Source of the DNA: Dictyostelium discoideum | Lineage: Eukaryota | Assembly (NCBI GenBank): GCA_000004695.1 | Contig: CM000152.2 | Coordinates: 1,088,001 to 1,152,000, forward strand | Length of the DNA: 64,000 nucleotides | Reading direction: 5' to 3' | Part shown: piece by piece, positions 11,637-22,546 of the stretch | Numbering within the stretch: position 1 is the first letter of the stretch | How the letters are laid out: each line of letters opens with the position of its first letter | Notes under the pieces: model-generated | The model's database searches: none | What the model was told of the DNA's origin: nothing | The model's input: only the letters and a program-made list of their open reading frames with translations | Made by a program: the position numbers and the translations under genes

Positions 11637-12170
11637 AATAGCTAAAAAAATAATTTTGTAAGGGCTGTACTCAACCCTTTAAAGTGCTGTGCGGGCTGTG
11701 CTCAAAATTAAAAACTTACAATGTTTTTACAATTTTGTTTGGGCTGTTGGGGCTTATAGTGCTAAAGTTAAAATTTTTCTCAGTGGTCGTGTTGGTAGAA
11801 TATAAAATAATAGTAAATTTGTGATAAAAATAAACAAAAATTTTATCAATAATAACAAATAATATTTATTATTATATTTTAATTATTTAATTTATTAATT
11901 AAAAAAATAAAATTATTTAATCATATTATTATTGTTTTTTTTTTTTTTAATATTGATTAATCAATGCTACCCATTAAAGGAAAAAAAGAGTAATTAATAG
12001 GTTTATTTATGAATTTTTATTTTTTTAAATATAATTATTATTTTGGTTAGATTTAAATACAGATATTATTTTAGTTGAGATTATCTTATACAGAATTTAA
12101 TATTTTTTATAAAAGAAGATTTTATCATTATTGTTTTTTTTTTATTTTTTTTTTATTCATAATTACATAA

Positions 12171-12545
12171 TAGTTTGTTGTGTTTTTTAGAAATCGGTTG
12201 GTATTTTAAAATTAAATTAATTGATCAAATGATACTAGACTCTGAATACAATAATGTTAGCATGTTGAATTTAATTATTTAATTATTTAATTATTTAATC
12301 TCATAAAATATAAAAACTTAAAAAAAACATATTTTTACTCGATTTTTAAAAATGATGGTTAACTTACATAAATAATTTAATTTTAAAAAAATACAGTTGA
12401 CAATGGTTTTCTTCCTGTAGAATGATAATTTGCTGTAAGGTCAACTTCAATGTTTAACACATTTAAAAAAAGATAAAAAAAAATAAATTATTTAGGAAAT
12501 ATTAAATAAAAAATTACTTTGTGGGATAGTTTCAAAAAAAAAAAT
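12171..12545 (+). repeat. Unit B copy 1 (about 370 bp).
   Basis: tagtttgttg..attaattgatcaaatgatactagactctgaatacaataatgttagcatgttgaattt..acagttgacaatggttttcttcctgtagaatgataatttgctgtaaggtcaacttcaatgtttaacacatt..ttgtgggatagtttc. It realigns with 12873..13200 at roughly 80% identity. Confidence 0.75.
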
Positions 12546-12705
12546 AAAAAAAAAAAAATATTTTTTTATATTATTAAATTACCAAAAAAATGGCCATTTT
12601 TTTTTTAAGTTATTTTTTCAATCAATAACTACAAAACTAGTACCTTTGTTGAATCAAAAAATTAGAAGAGGGGCTGGAGATATTAATAATAAATAAAAAA
12701 AAAAA

Positions 12706-12800
12706 AAAAAGACAATCTGATAACTGAAATGACTTTTTTTTTTTTATAATGGCAATGGCAGAGGAAATAGTAATAGTAATGGTGTTACATCCCATTTATA
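12706..12800 (+). repeat. Fragment homologous to the 3' part of unit A (A').
   Basis: gacaatctgataactgaaatgac-T-run-ataatggcaatggcagaggaaatagtaatagtaatggtgttacatcccatttataaaaa compares with ctcgatctgataactgaaatgtc-T-run-aataatgccaatggcaatgaaaattgtaatggtgttaaatccctatttacaaaaa in copy 1. Confidence 0.7.
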
Positions 12801-12872
12801 AAAAAAATAAAAATAAAAAAAAAAATAAAAAAAAAAATTATTCAAATAATTGAAAAATGTATAATCAAAAAA

Positions 12873-13200
12873 TAGTTTGTTGTTTTATTTAAAATTAAAT
12901 AAATTGGTCAAGTGAGACTAGATTCTGGAATACAGTAATGTTTACACGTTGAATTTTATTTAATATTAAAAAACAAAAAAAACATATATATTTGCTCAAG
13001 ATTTTTAAAACCCTAGGTAATGATGGTTATCCCAAATAAATAATTAAAAAAAAAGACAGTTGACGGAGGTTTTCTTAGAATGAAGGAACTGTAAGATTTG
13101 CTGTAAGGTCAACTTAAATGTTTTACACATTAAATAAAAGATTAAAAAAATTAATTATTTAAGAAATTTTAAATAAAAAATAATTTTGTGGGATAGTGCC
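12873..13200 (+). repeat. Unit B copy 2.
   Basis: See unit B copy 1. It ends ..aaaaaataattttgtgggatagtgcc. Confidence 0.75.
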
Positions 13201-13582
13201 AATAAAAAAAAAAAAAAAAAAAAAATTTGCTTGGATTAATTTTTTTTTTATTTTTTTATTTTAACAAAATACCCACAATTTAGAAACACTGTTAAATATT
13301 TATTTTAATTTTATTTTGGTATAAACTGGTTTAATTGTTTAAAACATAGGCATAAAAGCAAATTCTTTTTTTAGCCATATAAAAATTCTCACTTTTAACA
13401 AAGTCCCACATTTTGAATTTATTGTGAATTTTCTTGTTTAATTATCAAAAAAATAATTGGCAATTTTTTTTTTTTTTTTTTTCAACAACCCATTTTTCCC
13501 ATCATTAATTACAAACTTACCTTTTATTAATCAAAAAATTAGATGGCTGAGAATATTATTAATAGAAAAAAAAAAAAAAAAA

Positions 13583-13740
13583 AAGACAGCTGACGAAGGA
13601 TTTCTTTGGAATGTAGAGTGATAGAATTGCTGTAAGGTCAGCTTAATTGCTTTGTGATTACTTTCACATTTCAAGATAAAATTCAAAAATTGTTTTTTTT
13701 CAGAAATTAAAAACCAAAAAATAATTTGTGGGATTGATTT
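13583..13740 (+). repeat. Unit B partial copy 3 (the 3' half only).
   Basis: agacagctgacgaaggatttctttggaatgtagagtgatagaattgctgtaaggtcagcttaattgctt..ataatttgtgggattgattt. It shares the gttgac(g)g..ttgctgtaaggtca(a/g)ctt..tgtgggat core with the other B units. Confidence 0.65.
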
Positions 13741-13855
13741 TAAACAAAATTTAATTCTTAAAAAATTACCAAATATTCTATTTTTAAACTTTTTTTTTAT
13801 TATTTTTGTTCTTTTTCTCAAATTTTTTTTCTTTTTTTTTTTTTTTATTTCAGAC

Positions 13856-14300
13856 TCCCACAAAAAGTTTTGGTGTACTCAAAATTTCATTTTAAACATA
13901 ATTTTTAATATACTTCTGATGGGCATATCAGGACATCGAGTTTAACACCTATTCAGACTCCAGAATACAAATTAATTTGAGCGGCAACGTTCATATCAAT
14001 CTGCACTTTCAAATCGTTAGATGAATGATTGAAAAATCAAACCTCTGGTGGTTTAAAAAAATGCTGAGAAGTAACAGCATTAAAAAAAACATTTAGACCA
14101 TAGTTGAGAGTCTAAAAATCCAACCAGTTAGTAGCGACTAAAAATCTACAAAACCATAAACTCGATCCGATACCTGAAATGTCTTTTTTTTTTTTTTTTT
14201 AAATAATGCCAATGACAATGAAAATAGTAATCGGTTAAATCCCGATAAACAAAAACAAAAACAGAAATATATTTACAAAAACCTACTTGAAATAAAAGAA
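13856..14300 (+). repeat. Unit A copy 2 (direct repeat of 10300..10745), offset +3555 bp.
   Basis: It shows the same about 95-97% identity to copy 1 as seen by eye. The 5' flanks also resemble each other (cccataaaaggttttaatcg versus cccacaaaaagttttggtg). Confidence 0.85.
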
Positions 14301-14830
14301 GTTTAAAAAAAAGAAAAATAAAAATTATTTAATTTTATTATTTTATTATTTTATAATCTTATAAAATTTATAATATATCCATTATGCCAAAAATTTAAAT
14401 CTAGATCTAGCAAATGATTAATTAATATCTTAAACTATTGTTTTTTTTTATTTTTTTTTATTTTTAATAAATGAAAATAAAAAAAAAAAAAAAATACATA
14501 TTTTTTTTTATTTAAAAATCTATTTTTTATAAATTTATTCCCACTAGTTCCAAAATAAAAAAAATAATTACAAAAAATTAATAATATAATATATATTTGA
14601 ATTCTAAAAATAAAATTTTTGATTAAAAAGAAAAAAAAAAAACAAAAAAAAAATTCAAAAAATATTTTTTTTTTATTTTTTATTTTTTTTTTTTTCAAAA
14701 AATATTCATTATGTGATATTTGTATATCGCTTCTTATCATTCTTTCATTCATTATTTTCATATGTTTAGTTAATTATTTTTTTTAAAAAAAGGAAAAGTA
14801 AATAATTCAAAAAAAAAAGAAAAACTAAAA

Positions 14831-15518
14831 ATGCAAGTTCAACCAAAATATTTTGAAAAATCTCAATATATTGAAACATTAAATGGTAATAAAGTTAGTA
14901 AATCATCAATATTATGTGGTATTATGAATATTAGATTACATGGTAAAACTATAATTAAACCTGGTGTTATTGTTAGAGGTGATTTAGCATCAGTAAATAT
15001 AGGTAGATTATCAATAATATCAGAGAATACAGTAATTAGACCATCATCAAAGAAATTTAAAGGTTCATTAGTTTATTTCCCTCAAAACATTGGTGATCAT
15101 GTTTTAGTTGGTGAAGGTTGTGTAATTAGTGCAGCTTCAATAGGTTCAAATGTTTATATTGGTAATAATTGTATAATTGTAAAGTTATCAATACACCCCC
15201 CACCTATCACTTATTTATTTTACTATTATAATAGTATATACTAATAAATTTTAAAATTAATAATAATAGTCAAAAAGATGTATATTAAAAGATTGTTGTA
15301 TTATTGCAGATAATACAATTTTACCACCAGATACAGTTGTACCACCATTTACATATTATTCTGGTACACCTGGTGTTTATAAAGAAGATTTACCAGATTG
15401 TATAGAACAATTTCAAAAAGAATATACTACTTCACTTTATGAATCATTTTTACCAAATACACCAGCATCAAAAGGTTTACCTTCAACTCCTACTAAATTA
15501 CAAACTACGACAACATAA
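14831..15518 (+). CDS. Dynactin subunit 5 (p25), 2 exons (14831..15178, 15270..15518), 198 aa.
   Basis: Exon 1 has the left-handed beta-helix hexapeptide repeats and strong p25 identity: GNKVSKSSILCGIMNIRLHGKTIIKPGVIVRGDLASVNIGRLSIISENTVIRPSSKKFKGSLVYFPQNIGDHVLVGEGCVISAASIGSNVYIGNNCII. After ATT|gtaaag..aataatag|TCA, exon 2 gives SKRCILKDCCIIADNTILPPDTVVPPFTYYSGTPG.., which matches the p25 consensus (G)[34 protein letters not shown]. The track ORF 14831..15244 reads into the intron. Confidence 0.8.
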
Positions 15519-15614
15519 ACAAAGAAATGTTCATTTTTAAAATAAAATATATATATAAAACTAATAAAAGAAAAACTATGACAACATAAACAAAGAAATG
15601 ATCATTTTTAAAAT
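15505..15614 (+). repeat. Two 39-bp near-identical copies (15505..15543 and 15576..15614) that duplicate the stop codon and proximal 3'UTR of the p25 gene.
   Basis: ctacgacaacataaacaaagaaatgttcatttttaaaat versus ctatgacaacataaacaaagaaatgatcatttttaaaat, with 2 mismatches and copy starts 71 bp apart. Confidence 0.8.
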
Positions 15615-15724
15615 ATAAAAAAAAAAAAAGCAAGATGTAATAAAGAAGTTTTTTTTTTTTTTTTTTATTTATATTTACACACAAGAATAACACTAGTATT
15701 ATTCTTTAAATTTATTAAATTGTT

Positions 15725-15859
15725 TTATTTTTTATCCATTTCGTCTTTTGGTTGGTCTTGTACCTTTTGTTCTTGTTGGTCTTGTGCCTTTTGTTCTTGT
15801 TGATTTTGTTGAGCTGTTATTCGGTTAAGAGTTTCAAGTTCTTCTTGTTGAGAAGGTAT

Positions 15860-15932
<73 letters not shown>

Positions 15933-16653
15933 GGTGGTGGTGTTTGTTGATGTTGTTGAGGAGATGGCGTTTGTTGAGGTTGTTGAGGAGATGGCGTTTG
16001 TTCTTGATCTTTAGGTTGAGATGGTAGTATTTGTTGAGGAACATTTTGATTATTTTGGTATGGATGAAGGGGGTATTGATGACCATAATGTTGTGGACCA
16101 TAAATAGGAGAGTGATGAAAATGTGGAGAATATGGGTAGGGTTGATGTTGATTAGGATGAATTGGTTGATTTGGATGAATTGGTTGGTTTGGATGAATTG
16201 GTTGGTTTGGGTGAATTGGTTGGTTTGGATGGTTTGAATGAATTGGTTGGTTTGGGTGAATTGGCTGGTTTGGATTTATTGATTGGTTTGGATGATCTGG
16301 GAGATTTGGTTGAATTGGTTGATTTGGTTGAATTGGTTGATTTGGTTGAATTGGTTGATTTGGTTGATTTGGTTGGAGAGGGTGATATGGATATGGTGGA
16401 TGTTGGCTNNNNNNNNNNNNNNNNNNNNNNNNNNNNNNNNNNNNNNNNNNNNNNNNNNNNNNNNNNNNNNNNNNNNNNNNNNNNNNNNNNNNNNNNNNNN
16501 NNNNNNNNCAATTGGAGGGGATTGAATTTGTTGGTTGTTTGGTTGATCTTGTAATTGATGGAATTCATTTTGAATATGTGGATCTTGTAATTTATGGAAT
16601 TCATTTTGAATTTGTGGATCTTGTAATTGATGGAATTCATTCTGAACAACAAG

Positions 16654-16709
<56 letters not shown>

Positions 16710-17650
16710 CATGATTTTGTTCATGATTTTGTTTGTTATTTTGATCATGGTTTTTATGATTGTCTTGATTTTGGTCATGAACTTTATCATGAATTTGGAT
16801 ATTTTGGTCCTGAATATGATGATTTTGTCCTTGATCTTTTTGTTGTTTATGATCAGTATGATTTAATATTTGGTCATGATTATCGTTATTAATATGTTGA
16901 ACATGATTGTTGTTTGAATTATTTTGTTGATTATGATTATGATTATGATTATGGCTATGATTGTGATTATGATTATGATTATGATTATTATTATTATTAT
17001 GATGATGATGATGTGGTTGTTGTGATATTTTACGATTTGTTGGTGTTGTTGTTGTTGTTGTTGGTGTTGTTGTTGTTATTGGTGTTGAAGAAGAAGAGGA
17101 AGATACAGATAAAGATGCTGGATTAAATTTGTGAGATTTTTTAGATAGAAATTCTTTATCAATTCTTCTCATTACAGCAAAAGCTAAAAGTGTTGGTGGA
17201 TAATCAGTTTTTGGGAGAAATTTTTGAGGTAAACATTTTGATTTCGAATGAAATATATAAATATATTCAACGACCAAATCATTGATTGAAGGAAGTGTCA
17301 AGAATGGATTAGAGACAGTGAGTACATCAACACTATTTGAAAGTGAATAAAGTAAATTTGAAAAGCCTTCTTTATCTTGACTATTTGAATTCTCTAATAT
17401 CAACATTGAAGTATCACGAATTGTATGATTCATTTTTTCAATCTCTTCAAGATGTCTTAAAACAAGATGATTTGGTCTTCTTTGATAAAAACTTTTATGC
17501 GGAATTCTATGATGTTCCAAATTAATCCAATTACTACCACCAATATAATATCCATTAAACATAAAAGATTTTGGATCATCTTCTTTTTCACTCTTAAATA
17601 TAAGATTATTCCAAATTGGATTTTTACCAATTATTTCACTAATTGTTAAA

Positions 17651-17693
<43 letters not shown>

Positions 17694-17904
17694 CGCTGTT
17701 ACTATTAATTCCATTAGCTTTATTATTAATTAACTCTGTATTGATATTTTTATTTTCATCATTATTAATATTGTTTCCATTCTCTTTTAATAAATTAGTA
17801 TTTGCTGTTGTTGTTGATGTTGTTGTAGCTGGTGGTGGTGGTGATGGTGGAATTGGAGTTATTGATGGTGTTGTTGTATTTGTTATATTTGATGTAAGAT
17901 TATT

Positions 17905-17946
<42 letters not shown>

Positions 17947-18107
17947 AATATTATCAGGAGGTCTATAGTGATCATCATCATATGGTGCTAAAAATTCATC
18001 TTCATAATCTCTATTTGTATCTCCATCGTCATCATGATACTTATCAAGGCTACTTGTATTATCTACAAAGGAGGTATCAATTGGAATAAGGTTACCACTT
18101 TTTTTAA

Positions 18108-18179
<72 letters not shown>

Positions 18180-18523
18180 CTTTTGAATATTCATAATCCA
18201 ATCTAGTATAGTTGAAATTATTATCAATGTTGTTGCTATTAATAATATGACTTCTGAAATCATTAATTCTACCATCACTACCACCATTAAAATCAGAATA
18301 ATCATCTTTCTTTTTAATTTTGATCATTTCAGCATAATCATCTATTGGTGAACGATTTAATAAATCATTGAAATTATCTCCAATTTTTAAATCTAACGAA
18401 TTCATCCCACTGTTGGTTGGAGAACTAGTAGTATTATTTGGTTGAAGTTGTATCTCACCTTTATGAGTTTTTTTATAATATGTTGTATCCTTTGGTAATA
18501 TACTACCTTTAACTGCCTAAATT

Positions 18524-18559
<36 letters not shown>

Positions 18560-19106
18560 ATATTAATTTCTATCGATAAAAATTAGTAATAAAATAAAAG
18601 TAAAATAATATATAATAATTACCATTTCCTCCAATTCTCTTCTTTCTTCAGCTCTTTCTTTAGTTGCTAAATCTTGAATATCAAAATTTTTTAATTCTTC
18701 TGGTGTAACTTTCTTTGTTATAATTCTTTCTTTTAAACTTGGATTATTTTTAATATTATATTCAATACTTCTAACTCTGAATTATTTTATTTTATAAATG
18801 TTAGTATTATTCATTATTTTTATTAATTTTTATTATTAATTTTTACCTTTCTTTATATTTTCTTTTATCTAAACTATAAAAATGATTAAATAATTCAGTT
18901 TCAATTTCTTTTGCAATTACTTTAATTTCTTCATATAAATGACATGATCCAATTAATAATGCTTTGTTAATTAAATTGAAAGCACCTCTTCTTTCTTTTT
19001 CACATTGTTCGTTATCATCTTGTATAGTAGATGTAGTATTAGTAGTAGTAGTAGTTGTTGCTGTGGATGATGATGATGATGATAATGCTGATGATGATGA
19101 TAATGC

Positions 19107-19144
<38 letters not shown>

Positions 19145-20338
19145 TATTACTATTAGTATAATTAAAGGAATATAAACTATCTTTTTTTTGAGATGGTGTA
19201 TTATTTGCTGATGTTGATGGTGTAGGTGTTGCTGATGAAGGTAAAATTGAAGTTTGGGTTTGTACTGATGATGAAGATGATGATGACAATGATAAAGAAT
19301 TAACTTTATCATTTTTTAATTTTTGAGAATTTGAAAGTATTTTTGTATCATCCAATGATTTCTTTGAATGATTAATACCATTATTAGTATTTGTTGATAA
19401 ATGTTCTTTTGATGGCGATATATCGTATAAATTTTTAGATTGCTTTAATCTTTTTAAACCTTCTTTTTTTATTCTCTCTTCTTCTTCACTATCGTCATAA
19501 TGTGAATAAGTTAAATCTACATTAATTGGATCATCACCATTTCTTGATGGTGATTCATCTCTTCTATAATCTTCTTTTTTCCTTTTTTTATCTTTACTAC
19601 TACTGCTACCACTACTACTACTACTGTGTGAACTAAATTTACTTCTTTTGCTACTACTACTACTACTGCTACCACTACTACCTCTACTACTACTATGTGA
19701 ACTTCTTTTTTTAAATTCAATTGGATCACTAAATAATAATTTAAAATTTTTTTTATTCTTTTCTTTATTTCCATCTCTTTCTCTATCTTTTTCTCTTTCT
19801 CTTTCTCTTTCTCTATCTGTTTCCCTTTCTCTATCTCTATATCTATCTCTATCTTTTTCTCTATCTTTTCCAACTCTTTTAGTATGTGATGATGATGATG
19901 AAGATGATAATGATGAAGATAATGATGAAGTAGAAGAAGAAGAAGAGGAAATTTTATTTGAGGAATGAGATGAATTAGATTGATGAATTTTAGGAGAACC
20001 TTTTTTTGCATATTGAGGTGGAAGTGGTGGAGGAGTATATTTTTTTACTAATGTTTTAAAATCATGTTCATGGAAACTAATAAATATATATGCTTCTTGA
20101 TCTAATGAAATCTCTGTAGTTAAAGGTAAACATGATTTACAAATGAAACCAGATAACGATTTTGAGTCTTCTTCACTCATACCTATACATTGACCATGAT
20201 ACCATTTACCACAAACATCACATAAAACCATAAATCCAAATTCTCCTTTCAAACATATACAATAAACTTCTTCTTTTTGTTGTTGTTGTTGTTGTTGCTG
20301 TTGTTGCTGCTGTTCATGGTTTAATAATGGTGATGTTG

Positions 20339-20421
<83 letters not shown>

Positions 20422-20687
20422 GGTTGTTGTGATTGTTGTTGTTGCTGTTGTTGTTGAAGTATTTCATCTTCTATTATATGTGAATATGTCGGTTGGTTAT
20501 CATCGATTAAAGGTAAGATTGGTTGAGCTACTATTGTATCTTGCTCAATAAGTGGTTGAGATATTTGGGTTTGTGGTGATTGTTGTGGTGATTGTTTATT
20601 TATAAAATTTTGTAAAATATTCGTTGGTGATCTAGGTGATATATCGATTTTCTTAGAAATATCATCAATAACATTTATTGAATCCAT
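15725..20687 (-). CDS. PHD finger - TFIIS central (TFS2M) - SPOC domain protein (Bye1/PHF3/DIDO-like transcription-elongation factor), at least 3 exons: 18847..20687, 18623..18776, 15725..18516. The last exon is interrupted by the assembly gap 16409..16508 and is about 1600 aa or more.
   Basis: Exon 1 begins MDSINV.., contains a PHD finger (CICLKGEFGFMVLCDVCGKWYHGQCIGMSEEDSKSLSGFICKSC), and runs to ..GAFNLINKALLIGSCHLYEEIKVIAKEIETELFNHFYSLDKRKYKE (TFIIS-M start). After AG|gtaaaa..ttcag|A, exon 2 reads RVRSIEYNIKNNPSLKERIITKKVTPEELKNFDIQDLATKERAEERRELEEM (TFIIS-M consensus). After ATG|gtaatt..aatttag, exon 3 is in frame with the 709-aa track ORF and contains a SPOC-like block (..LTVSNPFLTLPSINDLVVEYIYIFHSKSKCLPQKFLPKTDYPPTLLAFAVMRR..). 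3' of the gap only the P/Q/H-rich frame (QPIHPNQPIHPN..QPYPYSPHFHHSPIYGPQHYGHQYPLHPYQ..polyQ..DEMDKK*) stays open to a stop at 15725. The frame offset across the gap is an artefact of the arbitrary 100-N spacer. Confidence 0.7.
16409..16508. other. Assembly gap (100 N) inside a (CAA/CCA/ATT)-rich coding repeat.
   Basis: This is a run of exactly 100 n. The flanking sequence consists of degenerate 18-bp repeats (ccaattcatccaaaccaa..), which explains the collapse. Confidence 0.98.
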
Positions 20688-20884
20688 TCTATAATATATA
20701 TATAGAATTATTTAAAATAACTATTAGAATCTATATTATTATTATTTTAAATATTATTTATTTATTATAATTTATTATTATTTATTTATTATTATTTATT
20801 ATTATTATTTATTATTATTTATTATTTTTTTTTATGTTTTTGTAGATAATAGATATTTTATTTAATATTGTGTTATTGTTAAAT

Positions 20885-20920
20885 GGTGTGAGTGTGTGAG
20901 TGGTGGGTATGTGTACAATA
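20885..20920. promoter_or_regulatory. GT-rich (CA-rich on the coding strand) element about 200 bp upstream of the PHD-TFIIS-SPOC gene start; candidate G-box/CAE-type (GBF-like) site.
   Basis: ggtgtgagtgtgtgagtggtgggtatgtgtac is embedded in otherwise A/T DNA. Dictyostelium G-box binding factor sites are (T/G)G(T/G)G(T/G)G half-site pairs; that is established knowledge. Function here is an inference. Confidence 0.25.
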
Positions 20921-21139
20921 AAAAACCTTTTTAAATTCATTTGTTTTGTTTTGTTTTTACCTTTTTTTTTTTTTTATTTTTTATTTTTTATTTTTTTTCT
21001 ATTTTTTTTTTTTTAATTTTCAAATTATTTTGGGAGTTCCAAAAAATCAACTGCCAAATAAAAAAAAAAAAAAAAAAAAAAAGAATTCCAAATCCACCTT
21101 TTTTTTTATTTTCATATTACCATTAGAGATTTGAGGAAG

Positions 21140-21177
<38 letters not shown>

Positions 21178-21529
21178 AATAAAATAAAAAAAAATTAAAA
21201 GGAAAATTTTCCGAATATAAACTTTTTTTTTGGTAAATTAATTAAACATTTTTTATTTTTATTTTTCCGGAAAAATAAAAAGATTAATTTAAAACTTTTA
21301 AGAACTATACACTCTTTAAAGTATTTTTTTTGATTGGTAAAAAATTTATTTTTTAAAGATACTCGTAATCTTTAAAAAAAAAAAAAAAAATTTTTTTTCC
21401 TATTTTTCCACCTGTTTTTAGATAAATTATTCGCTATTTAATCTTATAAATCGTATAGGTTCTTAAAAAAAAAAGAAATTAATTAAACTTTTCCCTAAAT
21501 TATCAACAAAAAAAAAAATTCAACAAAAA

Positions 21530-21607
21530 GGGTCAATGGTATTTTACAAATCCTACAGGTTAAGAGTTCACTCGACCGTGAGGTAATCCAATGGGCGGGA
21601 TCCAGAG
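21530..21607. ncRNA. GC-rich about 78-bp island in A/T intergenic DNA; candidate small ncRNA or regulatory element of unknown class.
   Basis: gggtcaatggtattttacaaatcctacaggttaagagttcactcgaccgtgaggtaatccaatgggcgggatccagag is roughly 47% GC against a background below 15%. It lies 185 bp upstream of the DUF829 gene. No tRNA cloverleaf, C/D or H/ACA boxes, or U-snRNA fold could be fitted by eye. Confidence 0.2.
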
Positions 21608-21793
21608 AATTAATTTTAATTTCCTTAAAATAAAATAATAACTAATAAATAAAATAAAAATAAAATGAAAATAGTATAAAATAAATAAATGAATAGTTCT
21701 TTAATTTTTTTAAAATTATAAAATAAAAAAAAAAAAATAGTTAAACTAAATAATAATTTCTATAGTTTAAAGTAAAAAAAAAAAAAAAAAAAA

Positions 21794-22546
21794 ATGTTAG
21801 GAAATAAATTTTATCCTTCTGATAATAATCCAGAAACTGACCCTTTATTAATTTTATTTGGTTTTGTTGGTTCAAATGAAAGAGTAATGAATAAATATAG
21901 AGAATGTTGGAAAGGTTTTAATATTTTTCTTTTTACACCTCCATGTGATATGACAATTTATTTAATGAGAGTTGGTTGTAGAAAGTTCAATAAGGAATTA
22001 AACAAATATTTTAAAAATAATCCAAATGCAAGTAAAATCATTTATATTCATGGTTTAAGTATTGGTGCAAGTTTTGTGTCTGGTTTTTTAAAACAATTGG
22101 AATTATATAAAAATGGTAAATTTTGTTATATTTTACCATATATAAAAGGGATTGTAATGGATTCAGGTCTCGTTCTCACTCATAATGATGCAATTACTGG
22201 TTTTAAAAGTGCAATAAGAGCTCAAATTGGTACATTTGGTAATGTAATTCAACATGTAGTACCAATGTTTAAACCATTTATTAAATATTTTTGCAAACAT
22301 GATGTACCTTATCTTTTCAAGAATAACTATCATTTTTTGGTTATTTACAGCCCATGTGATCAATATTTCCCAGGTGCAAGTGAAAATTTAATTACTAGAT
22401 TAAATGATACTGACAGAATATCAAATAATAATGATAGAATTATAGTAGAAAAGAAATTTTATTCAAAACATATTGAACATTTAAAAAGCAATAAAACAGA
22501 ATATATTGATTCAATAATTAATTTTATTAATATTACAAATAAATAA
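21794..22546 (+). CDS. DUF829/TMEM53-like alpha/beta-hydrolase-fold protein, paralogue 1, 250 aa.
   Basis: The N-terminal PLLILFGFVGSNERVMNKYRECWKGFNIFLFTPPCDM matches the DUF829 start (PLVILLGWxGxxxKxLxKY). A GLSIGA nucleophile-elbow-like motif is present. It shares about 45% identity over the full length with 23389..24144. Confidence 0.6.
   Translation: MLGNKFYPSDNNPETDPLLILFGFVGSNERVMNKYRECWKGFNIFLFTPPCDMTIYLMRVGCRKFNKELNKYFKNNPNASKIIYIHGLSIGASFVSGFLKQLELYKNGKFCYILPYIKGIVMDSGLVLTHNDAITGFKSAIRAQIGTFGNVIQHVVPMFKPFIKYFCKHDVPYLFKNNYHFLVIYSPCDQYFPGASENLITRLNDTDRISNNNDRIIVEKKFYSKHIEHLKSNKTEYIDSIINFINITNK

Larger units (their letters stand above)
10140..14330. repeat. Gene-free composite repeat cluster (about 4.2 kb) built from at least three unit types (A, B, and 55-bp tandem units). 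It is not AT-monotonous and is a candidate remnant of a non-autonomous transposon or complex repeat family.
   Basis: The component repeats are listed as separate features below. Local GC is clearly above the intergenic background. No ORF has coding character: the track ORFs here are K/F-rich artefacts. Confidence 0.5.

Noticed and set aside
15752-16892. Plus-strand ORFs 15752..16027, 16031..16237, 16162..16554 and 16512..16892, and minus ORFs 15817..16101 and 16152..16790
   Set aside because: They are alternative-frame or antisense readings of the (CAA)n/(CCAATT) repeats of the PHD-TFIIS-SPOC gene. Only the P/Q/H frame reaches a stop consistent with the gene, and the X-runs are the assembly gap.
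18964-20551. ORFs 18964..19161 (+), 18971..19312 (-), 19517..20011 (-), 19648..19968 (+) and 20327..20551 (+)
   Set aside because: They are nested inside exon 1 of the PHD-TFIIS-SPOC gene and consist of poly-D/V/H/L translations of the same Ser/Gln/Glu-Arg repeats.
21540-21580. U5 snRNA (loop-1-like GUAUUUUACAAAUCC)
   Set aside because: It has one mismatch to the invariant loop. No 5' stem partner exists because the upstream sequence is pure A/T, and there is no proper Sm site.
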